From Candidatus Daviesbacteria bacterium (lineage in GTDB: Bacteria; Patescibacteriota; Microgenomatia; Daviesbacterales; UBA10151), in NCBI GenBank assembly GCA_016184225.1, contig JACPDA010000005.1:3590-67589 (forward strand): a stretch of DNA of 64,000 nucleotides, read 5' to 3'. Made by a program: the position numbers and the translations under genes. This document shows, piece after piece, positions 27,560-36,141 of this stretch. The notes beneath the pieces were generated by a model that had not been told where the DNA came from, ran no database searches, and was given only the letters and a program-made list of their open reading frames with translations. Within the stretch, counting starts at the first letter, position 1; the number at the start of each line of letters is the position of its first letter.

Positions 27560-27835
27560 ATGAAAGATTGGAATGAACTTAAAAAAGAATGGCTAAAAGA
27601 CCCCAAATTTAGGAAGCTCTATGAGGACTCTCAGCCTGAGTTTGAGATTGCCAAGGCCATTATCCGGGCAAGGATTGAGAAAAAAATCACTCAAAAAGAG
27701 CTGGCTAAAAGAATGCATACGACTCAATCCGTTATTTCCCGGGTAGAACAAGCCCGGACCAGTCCCTCACTTTCTTTTCTAAAACGTTTAGCATCAGCCC
27801 TAAACGCTTCTTTGCAGGTTCAATTTAAGTTTTAA
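27560..27835 (+). CDS. XRE-family HTH antitoxin (HigA-like)
   Basis: 'ITQKELAKRMHTTQSVISRVE...PSLSFLKRLASAL'. Confidence 0.85.
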   Translation: MKDWNELKKEWLKDPKFRKLYEDSQPEFEIAKAIIRARIEKKITQKELAKRMHTTQSVISRVEQARTSPSLSFLKRLASALNASLQVQFKF

Positions 27836-27843
27836 TTAATGGA

Positions 27844-28338
27844 ATGAAAATTAGATTGGATGAAGATTATTTCAGAAGTGTGATGTTTGGACTCCAGGAT
27901 GGGTTGGTTTCTACCACCGGGGTGGTGGTAGGGATTTCTGCCGGGGTCTCCGATCCGGCAATTATTATTATGGCATCATTCGTGGCAATTTCCGTGGAAG
28001 CGTCTTCCATGGCAGCCGGTGAATATTCTTCAGAGAAAGCTGTTCATGAACTGGATAAAAGACACAGGCATAAGGATGATTTGCTGATGGGGGCTTTGCT
28101 GATGTTTGTTTCTTATTTTGTGGCCGGTATGGTGCCGATTTTGCCATTTTTAATCCTGCCGGTAGATATTGCCAGGGTTGTAAGTGTGGCAGCTGCGCTG
28201 GTAAGCCTTTTTGTTGTAGGTTACCTCAAGGGTAAAATAGTCAAAGAGATAGCTTTTAGGAGCGCAGCCGAGATGTTAACTATTGGAGGGTTGGCCACAG
28301 CAATTGGGTTATTGGTAGGTACTTTCTTAAAAGTTTAA
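27844..28338 (+). CDS. VIT1/CCC1 family transporter
   Basis: 'FGLQDGLVS', 'SMAAGEYSS'. Confidence 0.85.
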   Translation: MKIRLDEDYFRSVMFGLQDGLVSTTGVVVGISAGVSDPAIIIMASFVAISVEASSMAAGEYSSEKAVHELDKRHRHKDDLLMGALLMFVSYFVAGMVPILPFLILPVDIARVVSVAAALVSLFVVGYLKGKIVKEIAFRSAAEMLTIGGLATAIGLLVGTFLKV

Positions 28339-28358
28339 AAGTGTGTTAAACTCCCATC

Positions 28359-29423
28359 ATGTTTGGGAAACTCTGGGAGCTTTTGTCATTTGATGTCGGC
28401 ATAGATTTGGGTACTGTTAATACTCTGGTGTTGGTCAAAGGCAAAGGAATTGTCATCCGGGAGCCCACTGTGGTAGCACTTCATAAAAAAACCCGGCAGG
28501 TTTTAGCCATCGGGCGGGAGGCCAAAAGAATGTTAGGCCGCACCCCGGCAGCAATAGAGGCAGTCAGGCCCTTGCGGGACGGAGTCATCTCCGATTTTGA
28601 CACCACCGAGGCCATGCTTCGCTATTTTATCCATAAAGTCCACAATAATCCGGGAAGGGGAATGTTTTCACTACCCCGAATCCCTAGGCCCAGGGTGGTA
28701 GTCGGTATCCCCTCAGGCGTGACTGCAGTGGAAAGACGTGCCGTGCAGGATGCTTGTCTTTCGGCCGGAGCCAGGGAGGCATACCTTATTGAAGAACCGA
28801 TGGCAGCGGCAATCGGCGCGAAACTGCCGGTTGAAGATCCGGAAGGGGTAATGGTTGTGGATATCGGGGGAGGCACGACCGAGATTGCAGTTATATCCTT
28901 AGGCGGGATGGTTTTAAATAAATCCCTTCGGATTGCCGGGGATGAATTGGATGAAGAGATTATAAATTATATGCGGGTGAGGTACGGCATGTTGATTGGG
29001 GAGAGAACAGCAGAAGACGTCAAGATAGAAATAGGCTCTGCTTACCCAAATAAGGATAAAGATGAAGCGGCTACAGTGATCCGGGGGAGAGACTTGTCCA
29101 ATGGACTGCCAAAATCACTAAAGGTAACAGCAGCCGAGATCAGGGAAGCGCTGGCTCCAACTGTTTCACAAATGATTTCCGGAGTTCAGGAGATCTTGGA
29201 AGAAACCCCGCCGGAACTTTTGACCGATATAGTGGAAAGAGGAATATTTTTAACAGGCGGGGGGTCGCTTATTCGGGGTTTGGATAAAAGGATTGCTGAA
29301 GAAACAAAACTGCCGGTTTATATCTCAGATGATCCGCTGACTACAGTAGTGCGGGGTTGCGGGGAAGTCTTAGATAATCTGAATTTGCTGTCTAAGGTTA
29401 AAGTAACAGGTGGATTAAGGTAG
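28359..29423 (+). CDS. mreB: Rod shape-determining protein MreB
   Basis: 'GIDLGTVNT', 'EEPMAAAIGA', 'VDIGGGTTE'. Confidence 0.97.
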   Translation: MFGKLWELLSFDVGIDLGTVNTLVLVKGKGIVIREPTVVALHKKTRQVLAIGREAKRMLGRTPAAIEAVRPLRDGVISDFDTTEAMLRYFIHKVHNNPGRGMFSLPRIPRPRVVVGIPSGVTAVERRAVQDACLSAGAREAYLIEEPMAAAIGAKLPVEDPEGVMVVDIGGGTTEIAVISLGGMVLNKSLRIAGDELDEEIINYMRVRYGMLIGERTAEDVKIEIGSAYPNKDKDEAATVIRGRDLSNGLPKSLKVTAAEIREALAPTVSQMISGVQEILEETPPELLTDIVERGIFLTGGGSLIRGLDKRIAEETKLPVYISDDPLTTVVRGCGEVLDNLNLLSKVKVTGGLR

Positions 29424-29442
29424 GCCAGGATTGTTGTCTTAC

Positions 29443-29555
29443 GTCATTGCGAGGAACGAGTCATCGAGTGACGTGGCAATCTTGATATGAGATTTATTCC
29501 CACTAAGATTGCTTCGCTAATCCCGATTGAATCGGGACTAATCGCTCGCAATGAC
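29443..29555. repeat. Palindromic GTCATTGCGAG...CTCGCAATGAC element
   Basis: Inverted termini and internal hairpin tcccgattgaatcggga; right half near-identical to 49258-49309. Confidence 0.85.
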
Positions 29556-29580
29556 GATTTTTATATGTTAAAATTTGATC

Positions 29581-30651
29581 ATGTTGCAGATGCCTTTCTA
29601 CGATCCGAATAAAAGCTATGAAGATAATTATGACCAGGGGCCGTTTGGGGCTTTTGTCGAAGGGGAAATCCTCGAGCAAACAGGGGAGCCAAAAGAGGAT
29701 TTTTTAGGGCAAAAAGTTTTTACTCCATTCGGAATTCCGGCAGGTCCACTGATAAATGCTAAGTTTTGTAAGGCTGCTTTTGAGAAGGGCTTTGATATTT
29801 GTGTTTATAAAACAGTCAGAAGCTCTGTCTTCCCCTGCCATCCTTTCCCCAATATTTTGGCTGTAAAACTCGAAGGCGATTTAACCTCTGAGAAGGCTAA
29901 AACTAAGCTTATTGCAGACAATAATTACTCCGAGCCTCTGTCCATTACCAACTCCTTTGGAGTGCCTTCCAAGAAGCCTAATGTTTGGCAGGAAGATGTT
30001 AAAAAGGCTTTTTTCTCTGCCGGAGCCGGCCAGGTTTTGGTTTTAAGCTTTATGGGTACTGTCCGGGAAGGTCAAACTGCGGAAGAGTTTGTGGCTGATT
30101 ATGCTTTGGCTGCCAAGCTCTCAAAAGAAACCGGTGCCAAAGTGCTGGAAGCCAATTTGTCCTGCCCAAATATAGGTAATGAAGGCTTAGTTTGTTATAA
30201 CTTGGAAATGACGGAAAAGGTTTGTGAAGCCATCAGGAAAGAAATTGGCGACACCCCTTTGGTCCTAAAAGTTGGTTACTATACCTCTGATGAAGATTTG
30301 AAAAAGCTGGTGGAAATAGCCGGAAAATATGCCAATGCTATTGCGGCCATTAATACCATTTCAGCTGAAGTGGTGAATCAGGAAGGTAAGCAGGCATTAC
30401 CGGGAAATAATAGGCTCCGTTCAGGGGTTTGTGGAGCTGGGATTAAGTGGGCCGGCCTGGATATGGTCAAAAGACTGAGAAAGGTAACAGGGTACAGGGT
30501 ACAGGGTACAGTAAAAATTATAGGTGTGGGTGGAGTAACTAAGCCGGAAGATTATTTTGAATACAGGCAAGCCGGGGCAGATGCTGTAATGTCGGCCACC
30601 GGAGCCATGTGGAACCCCTATTTAGCAAAGGAAATTAAAGAAAAAATCTGA
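29581..30651 (+). CDS. pyrD: Dihydroorotate dehydrogenase-like FMN enzyme
   Basis: 'GIPAGP', 'YKT', 'EANLSCPN', 'INT', 'IIGVGGV'; near pyrE/pyrF. Confidence 0.75.
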   Translation: MLQMPFYDPNKSYEDNYDQGPFGAFVEGEILEQTGEPKEDFLGQKVFTPFGIPAGPLINAKFCKAAFEKGFDICVYKTVRSSVFPCHPFPNILAVKLEGDLTSEKAKTKLIADNNYSEPLSITNSFGVPSKKPNVWQEDVKKAFFSAGAGQVLVLSFMGTVREGQTAEEFVADYALAAKLSKETGAKVLEANLSCPNIGNEGLVCYNLEMTEKVCEAIRKEIGDTPLVLKVGYYTSDEDLKKLVEIAGKYANAIAAINTISAEVVNQEGKQALPGNNRLRSGVCGAGIKWAGLDMVKRLRKVTGYRVQGTVKIIGVGGVTKPEDYFEYRQAGADAVMSATGAMWNPYLAKEIKEKI

Positions 30652-30695
30652 ATTTACTATTGACAAGGTGTACATTAGGTGGTATTATATTAAAT

Positions 30696-30977
30696 ATGAG
30701 TACTATCAGAGTTTCCGCTACAGCTGCCAGGAATAGATTTTTTGAACTGCTTAACCAGGTAGCGATGGGAACACAGGTAATTATAGAAAGGGATGCTAAA
30801 GAAGTGGCAGTTATGTCTCCTAAAAAGCAAAAAATTAATTGGGTAGAGTTTAGAAAAGCTTCTGAAGCGGTTCGTGGCATTTGGAAAGATTATGATGAAA
30901 AGGACAATCCACTTAGAAGACCCGGCGCGTGGCCGACAATGGGAAAATGGGACAAGGGACTAAAATTTAAGAAGTAA
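30696..30977 (+). CDS. Phd/YefM antitoxin
   Basis: 'VSATAARNRFFELLNQV...VIIER'. Confidence 0.85.
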   Translation: MSTIRVSATAARNRFFELLNQVAMGTQVIIERDAKEVAVMSPKKQKINWVEFRKASEAVRGIWKDYDEKDNPLRRPGAWPTMGKWDKGLKFKK

Positions 30978-30985
30978 TTTAAGAA

Positions 30986-31372
30986 GTGAAGATCGTAGTA
31001 GATAGCAGCATTATTATTGATTACCTGCGTGGTGGTAAAAAATGGGATGATTTCCTTTCTGCCGCTGAGGCGGAAGGTGCTCTGCAATTGCTCTTACCAA
31101 CAATCGTTATTTTTGAACTATATTCTGGTTCCAGCACAAAAAGCATTAGGAAACTTCAGGACATGACTTACTTTATCAGTCAGTTTGACAGAATAGATCT
31201 GAGCGAAAATATTGCCAGGCTGGCAGGTGAGTTGGCTCGGGATGTCAAACAACATATTCAAGCACCTGATTATATTATTGCCGCTTCGGCGCTGCAGGTA
31301 AATGCTTCATTGGTAACCCTTAATCAAAAACATTTTGCCCAAATCCCCAACCTTTCCGTATATCCATTGTGA
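30986..31372 (+). CDS. PIN-domain VapC toxin
   Basis: 'VVDSSIIID', 'DYIIAASA', 'TLNQKHF'. Confidence 0.9.
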   Translation: MKIVVDSSIIIDYLRGGKKWDDFLSAAEAEGALQLLLPTIVIFELYSGSSTKSIRKLQDMTYFISQFDRIDLSENIARLAGELARDVKQHIQAPDYIIAASALQVNASLVTLNQKHFAQIPNLSVYPL

Positions 31373-31416
31373 TTTTAGGGAGTGCCACCGGCGCCATCTG
31401 GAATCCTTATTTGGGT

Positions 31417-32139
31417 TTAAATTTTTGATTTGGAGAGATATTCAATACTTTTTTGATATTGCTCTTTTGTAATCATCTGCTTTTCCATATAATAATCCAA
31501 AATATCAGTTAACTTCATGGCTGCATAAACTCTGCAGCCTTCTTTTTTCACCTGTTCTATCCCGCCTTGTTCCCGGTCAATTAAAACCAGCATATTGACA
31601 TAAAAACCCACTTGTTTAGCAGCTTCCAGAGCTTCCAGTTTAGATTTTCCGTGAGCTATGACATCATCTAAAACCAAGAGTTTAGTGTCCGGTTTAGGCT
31701 CGATTCCTTCTTTAATAACAATTTTCCGATCGGTATTTTGGCCAATTTTTTCAAATACATCTATAAAAGGGATATCGGATGCTTCTGAAAATTTTTGGGC
31801 AATCACCAAAGCAGCTTTCGGCACTCCGGTGCAATAATCTTGAGGAGTTTCCAGTTGAACTTCAGATAAAACCTGGGCAATTTTGGTTAAAAGTTCATCC
31901 GGCAGGTTTCTTAAATTGACATAAATAGGTGAAAGTGGAGCGTCTGGTTTGATCTCATGAACTTTTAGGGCAAATTCCCCGGGACCCTGGCTAAAATCAA
32001 TAGGGCTGGTGGGCCTTTGGGTTTCTTCCAGGTAGTATGTGCCGTCCTGTCGCTGCTGGCGCCTGATAACTTTAGCCTCAATTTTAGTGTTTAACAGGAG
32101 ATCTGCCAGTTCTTCTTGGTTTTTTGTAAGATTAGACAT
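31417..32139 (-). CDS. pyrE: Orotate phosphoribosyltransferase
   Basis: 'SPIYVNLR', PRPP motif 'LVLDDVIAHGKS', 'IDREQGG'. Confidence 0.85.
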   Translation of the reverse strand: MSNLTKNQEELADLLLNTKIEAKVIRRQQRQDGTYYLEETQRPTSPIDFSQGPGEFALKVHEIKPDAPLSPIYVNLRNLPDELLTKIAQVLSEVQLETPQDYCTGVPKAALVIAQKFSEASDIPFIDVFEKIGQNTDRKIVIKEGIEPKPDTKLLVLDDVIAHGKSKLEALEAAKQVGFYVNMLVLIDREQGGIEQVKKEGCRVYAAMKLTDILDYYMEKQMITKEQYQKSIEYLSKSKI

Positions 32140-32914
32140 TTGCTAAGATCTCCTGGATTTGTGAATGTAAGGTTTGGGTAGCTTCTCGGGGGTTGGGGGC
32201 AAAAATAATTCCTCTGGAGGAGGAAATTATTAATCCTTGCTTCTGACTATTTAAACCATTTTTTATGGTGGCTTCCAAATCTCCGCCCTGGGCTCCGATA
32301 CCCGGTACTAAAATCGGCATGTCTCCTATAATCTCACGGACCTTTTTGATTTCATCAGGATACGTAGCTCCTACCACCACGGCACAATTGTTGTTTTGAT
32401 TCCACTCTTTGGCTACATGCTCAGCCACAACCTGGTAAAGCGGTTTTCCCCTTCGACTTCGCTCAGGGTAAACTTCTAAATCCTGAAATTCTCCGGCCCC
32501 GGGGTTTGATGTTCTGACCAGTACGATAATGCCCTTTTCAGCCCTTTGTAAAAATGGTTCTACCGCTTCTTTCCCTAAATATGGATGGACGGTAACTGCG
32601 TCAACGCCTAAGTCATCAAAGATGGCTTTGACATAAGCCTCATTAGTGCTGCCAATATCACCCCTTTTGGCGTCCAAAATAATCGGAATATTAGGATCTT
32701 TTTCCCGGATATACTGGATAGTTTTTTTAAGAGCTTCCAGGCCGGCAGCTCCGTCTGCTTCATAAAAAGCGCTTTGGGGTTTGTAAGCTAAACTTAAGTC
32801 TGCGGTAGTATCAATGATATTTTTATTAAATTCAAAATCTGCTTTGTCCAAACCAATGCAGACAAACTTATTTTCTTCCCATTTACTCTTAAGCTTATCT
32901 AAAAAAGAATTCAT
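32132..32914 (-). CDS. pyrF: Orotidine-5'-phosphate decarboxylase
   Basis: 'LDAKRGDIGST', 'RTSNPG', 'VPGIGAQGG'. Confidence 0.95.
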   Translation of the reverse strand: MNSFLDKLKSKWEENKFVCIGLDKADFEFNKNIIDTTADLSLAYKPQSAFYEADGAAGLEALKKTIQYIREKDPNIPIILDAKRGDIGSTNEAYVKAIFDDLGVDAVTVHPYLGKEAVEPFLQRAEKGIIVLVRTSNPGAGEFQDLEVYPERSRRGKPLYQVVAEHVAKEWNQNNNCAVVVGATYPDEIKKVREIIGDMPILVPGIGAQGGDLEATIKNGLNSQKQGLIISSSRGIIFAPNPREATQTLHSQIQEILANV

Positions 32915-33031
32915 AAGTGCCTAGACTATATCTCAAAGATTAAAAGCTTTGCAAGTGGACTTTTAAAAGCTGAAGTTTTGATACATTTAATATATCTTGA
33001 AACTTTATCAAAGTTTTCATAATATGAAAGC

Positions 33032-33478
33032 ATGAGTAAAGACGATACAAAGAAACTGGAAGATCTTCTGAAAGGCGCAATAAGACCACTCAAAGAATTA
33101 GTAGAAGTGCTTAAGAGTAAAGTTGATCACCAGGAACTTTATTTAGTTGCAACATCTTCTAACGTTAAATCACTAAAGGAACAGCAATCTGTAATTAATG
33201 AAAAATTAGATGCCCAGGGTGAAAAGCTGGATTCCCAGGGGAAACAATTAAATGATCAAGGCAGAAAGCAGGTCATTCTGTGGGATCAGGTCGAGAAGGT
33301 TACAATGAGCCTTGAAGATATTAAAGATACACAGGATTTACATACAGCTACTTTAAAAAGAATTGAAATGAAAGCGGAAGGCAACTTTGATGATATCGGA
33401 AAAGAAGATAAAAGACTTACTAAGGTTGAGGATCGTTTGGGAATTGTTCCGTCTCCAGAGCTAACCGTTGTCAGATAA
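33032..33478 (+). CDS. Hypothetical coiled-coil protein
   Basis: Heptad repeats 'EKLDAQG-EKLDSQG-KQLNDQG'. Confidence 0.65.
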   Translation: MSKDDTKKLEDLLKGAIRPLKELVEVLKSKVDHQELYLVATSSNVKSLKEQQSVINEKLDAQGEKLDSQGKQLNDQGRKQVILWDQVEKVTMSLEDIKDTQDLHTATLKRIEMKAEGNFDDIGKEDKRLTKVEDRLGIVPSPELTVVR

Positions 33479-33542
33479 ATCTTCATCGAAATGACAAAAT
33501 TTACTTGACTCCAGCCCCAAAATATACTATAAAACTTACATT

Positions 33543-34337
33543 ATGGGATTTTTGGAAGGATTAGAGCCAGAATTAACACGAAGAGCTACAGAAAGAGAAG
33601 AAAGAGAAGTTGAAAGGCTGGGGAAAAGAAAACAAGAAGAAGAAGCACAAGAGAGGATAAGACAAGAAATGGAGTGGGCACTGGGGGTCTTTGATAGGTT
33701 GGGGGTTGTAGCGATGCTGGAAAAAATCAAGAGAGAAGTCTGGAGGGGTGGTATCGTAAGTGTAAAAGAATACCATGATCCTAAAGAACGGCATAAAACT
33801 AGCATTTATACCTGGGTAGAAGGAAGATCAAAACACGCATCTTTAACTTATGAATATCAGGAGCCATGGTCAAAATATGAAGAAGTCTATGAGAGAAGGT
33901 TTGGGTTTCATAAGGAGAGGGAAACATACTGGGCGAACACACAACTACCAGGAGATAGTTATCAAGTGTCTGGCTCCGAAAGAACTAAATTTGGTCGGCA
34001 TCTTGAACACGTCGGATATAGGCTCGTGTTAGATTGGTCTTCACATAGTGAAAATCTCTATTTATATGTAGGTTGTACACAAACTACAAAGTTGAGAGGT
34101 TCGGACGATCTATCCTTTAATCTAGAATCTGGGTTACATGTAAGCGGTTTTGCTGAAGGGACTCTCTCGTTAACCCCCAGGGTAGATGATGCAACAATAA
34201 AAAATTTTTTAGAAACTAACCTGTTGCAAGACTGTGTTTTGAGAAAAGAGGCCAAACGTTTACCTTATCAGATAGATATAGCTATGCAAGAAAAATTGGC
34301 ACGAGTTAATCAAGAGATATCCCGTAACTCTAAATAA
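33543..34337 (+). CDS. Hypothetical protein
   Basis: 264-aa ORF with a promoter-like upstream region. Confidence 0.6.
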   Translation: MGFLEGLEPELTRRATEREEREVERLGKRKQEEEAQERIRQEMEWALGVFDRLGVVAMLEKIKREVWRGGIVSVKEYHDPKERHKTSIYTWVEGRSKHASLTYEYQEPWSKYEEVYERRFGFHKERETYWANTQLPGDSYQVSGSERTKFGRHLEHVGYRLVLDWSSHSENLYLYVGCTQTTKLRGSDDLSFNLESGLHVSGFAEGTLSLTPRVDDATIKNFLETNLLQDCVLRKEAKRLPYQIDIAMQEKLARVNQEISRNSK

Positions 34338-34367
34338 AACCAAGTCTTAGAGTCATAAATTGTGATT

Positions 34368-34596
34368 TTCATTTCATCTAGCCGAATTAAAGGGGTAGAC
34401 CCCCGGCTTCGGGTAGAGATGTCTTCCACCGGGGAGGTGGCTTGTTTTGGTGATGATGAGGACTTGTGTTGATTTAGGAATACCCCTGATCACTAATTTA
34501 CAAGCAGCAGAACTGTTGGTTTCAGCATTAACTAATAAGAAAATGTAAGAAAATGGCAGATCTGGAGATCAAAAGTTGGGATGAATATTTAAGTAA
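34368..34596 (+). pseudogene. carB: Relic of the carbamoyl-phosphate synthase large subunit C-terminus
   Basis: Fragments 'SRIKGVDPRLRVEMSSTGEVACFG', 'VDLGIPLITNLQAA', 'LEIKSWDEY' in broken frames. Confidence 0.75.
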
Positions 34597-34767
34597 TGGT
34601 ATTTAGATTAAATCTTTTGTACCTGGACTTAATTCTGTAGAAAGTGGCATGGTGAATACCAAAAAGCCTGCATAAATACCGGACATTTTTAGAAGAATGT
34701 GTTGCATATGTGTTTACACAATTCGCAAGTTTGTAGCTAGTGGCAAGCTGTGGTATATTGATCCGCA

Positions 34768-35556
34768 GTGACTAAGGTTATCCCTGATATTAAAGCATTC
34801 CTGATTTTAATATTTTTTAGTTTGTTAATTTTTTTCTTGGACACTGTTAAACTTTTAGATTTGCCAAAAAGGTCCTTTTATTATGTTACTAATCCGATTT
34901 CTTTTGGGATTTATAATACCAACAGAAATATTGGCAAGCAATTTCATTTTATTTTCCAGGCCCGTTTTGCTGCCCAGGAAAACAAGGCTTTAAAGCAGCA
35001 GATCGGAAAACTGCTTTCGGAAAATGCCGAGCTTCGGAAAAAGCTGGCAGAAACCGAAAGTTTAATTTCTCAGGAAAGACATCTTGATCCCGGGACTTAT
35101 AATCTCCTGCCGGCCAGGCCGATTGGACTGGGCAGATACTTAAAAATAGATAAGGGTACAGCCTCCGGTATTAAGGTAAACCAGGCAGTTGTGTTTGAAG
35201 ATAACTTTGTGGGTAAAGTGGTTGCTGTTTCTTCTGCATCTTCAAATATAGAGTTGCCGACAGATCCGAGCTCAAAAGTAGCCGCATTCTCGCAAAATAA
35301 TGAAGGCAGGGCAAAAGGGGTAGTCGTAGGACAATTCGGGACTGAAGTTTTAATGGATAAGATATTGCATGAAGAGAAGATAACAGAGGGGGATTTGGTT
35401 TATTCGGAAGGACTGGAAGGATTCTTGCCCCGGGGGCTTATTTTAGGCCGGGTGACAAAAGTGCTGGAGAGGGAAAATGAAGTGTTTAAGCAGGCAAAGG
35501 TTCAACCTGTATTTGATATCAGGGATTTGGAGTTAGTGTTTGTGATCCAGGAATAG
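34768..35556 (+). CDS. mreC: Rod shape-determining protein MreC
   Basis: TM + coiled coil, 'IDKGTASGIK', 'PRGLILGRV'. Confidence 0.92.
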   Translation: MTKVIPDIKAFLILIFFSLLIFFLDTVKLLDLPKRSFYYVTNPISFGIYNTNRNIGKQFHFIFQARFAAQENKALKQQIGKLLSENAELRKKLAETESLISQERHLDPGTYNLLPARPIGLGRYLKIDKGTASGIKVNQAVVFEDNFVGKVVAVSSASSNIELPTDPSSKVAAFSQNNEGRAKGVVVGQFGTEVLMDKILHEEKITEGDLVYSEGLEGFLPRGLILGRVTKVLERENEVFKQAKVQPVFDIRDLELVFVIQE

Positions 35557-35627
35557 CTATCAGTCATCAGTCTTCAGCTATCAGACAAATAAGTCTGACG
35601 ACTGAAGGCTGACAGCTGACGACTCTA
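35554..35627. mobile_element. Gene-less inverted heptamer element (family A) between mreC and mreD
   Basis: tagctatcagtcatcagtcttcagctatcagac-aaataa-gtctgacgactgaaggctgacagctgacgactcta; its first TAG is the mreC stop. Confidence 0.85.
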
Positions 35628-35630
35628 ATT

Positions 35631-36074
35631 ATGAAGACCTTAATCATTACATTAATAGTAGCTGCTTTCTTGCAAACTACAATTTTGCCGATAGACTTAT
35701 GTCTGTTAATTCTAATTTGCCGGGCATATATAAAATCCGACAAGAGTAATCTTTATCTTGCCTTTGCTTTTGGCCTTTTAACTGCCCATTTAAACTTAAG
35801 TGCATTAGGCCTTCAGAGTTTAATCTACTTAAGTATTGTCCAAGTGACCCAAATGTTGTCAAAAATCCGGCTGGCAGGAAACCCGTTACTTATCGTGCCA
35901 ATAACTGCAGTATTTTTATCTTTAAACCAGGTTATAAATTCACTCCTCCGCCACAGTGTATGGGAATTTTCCGGAGTAATTCTTGTTTCTTTCTTGTCTT
36001 TGCCAACTCTTTACATAATTAGATTTTGGGAAGAGCGATTTATTGTTAGAAAAGAAATTAAATTAAGAATCTAG
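35631..36074 (+). CDS. mreD: Rod shape-determining protein MreD-like membrane protein
   Basis: Hydrophobic; lies between mreC and PBP2. Confidence 0.7.
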   Translation: MKTLIITLIVAAFLQTTILPIDLCLLILICRAYIKSDKSNLYLAFAFGLLTAHLNLSALGLQSLIYLSIVQVTQMLSKIRLAGNPLLIVPITAVFLSLNQVINSLLRHSVWEFSGVILVSFLSLPTLYIIRFWEERFIVRKEIKLRI

Positions 36075-36137
36075 TGACTAGAGTCAAGAGTCAAGGAAAA
36101 TAAATTCTAGACTCTAGATTCTAGCGACTAGTCCCTA
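36072..36137. mobile_element. Gene-less inverted heptamer element (family B) between mreD and mrdA
   Basis: tagtgactagagtcaagagtcaagg-aaaataaat-tctagactctagattctagcgactagtcccta. Confidence 0.8.
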
Positions 36138-36141
36138 ACTT

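Noticed and set aside
33190-33270. 21-bp periodicity in ORF 33032
   Set aside because: Explained by protein coiled-coil heptads, not by the DNA heptamer families.
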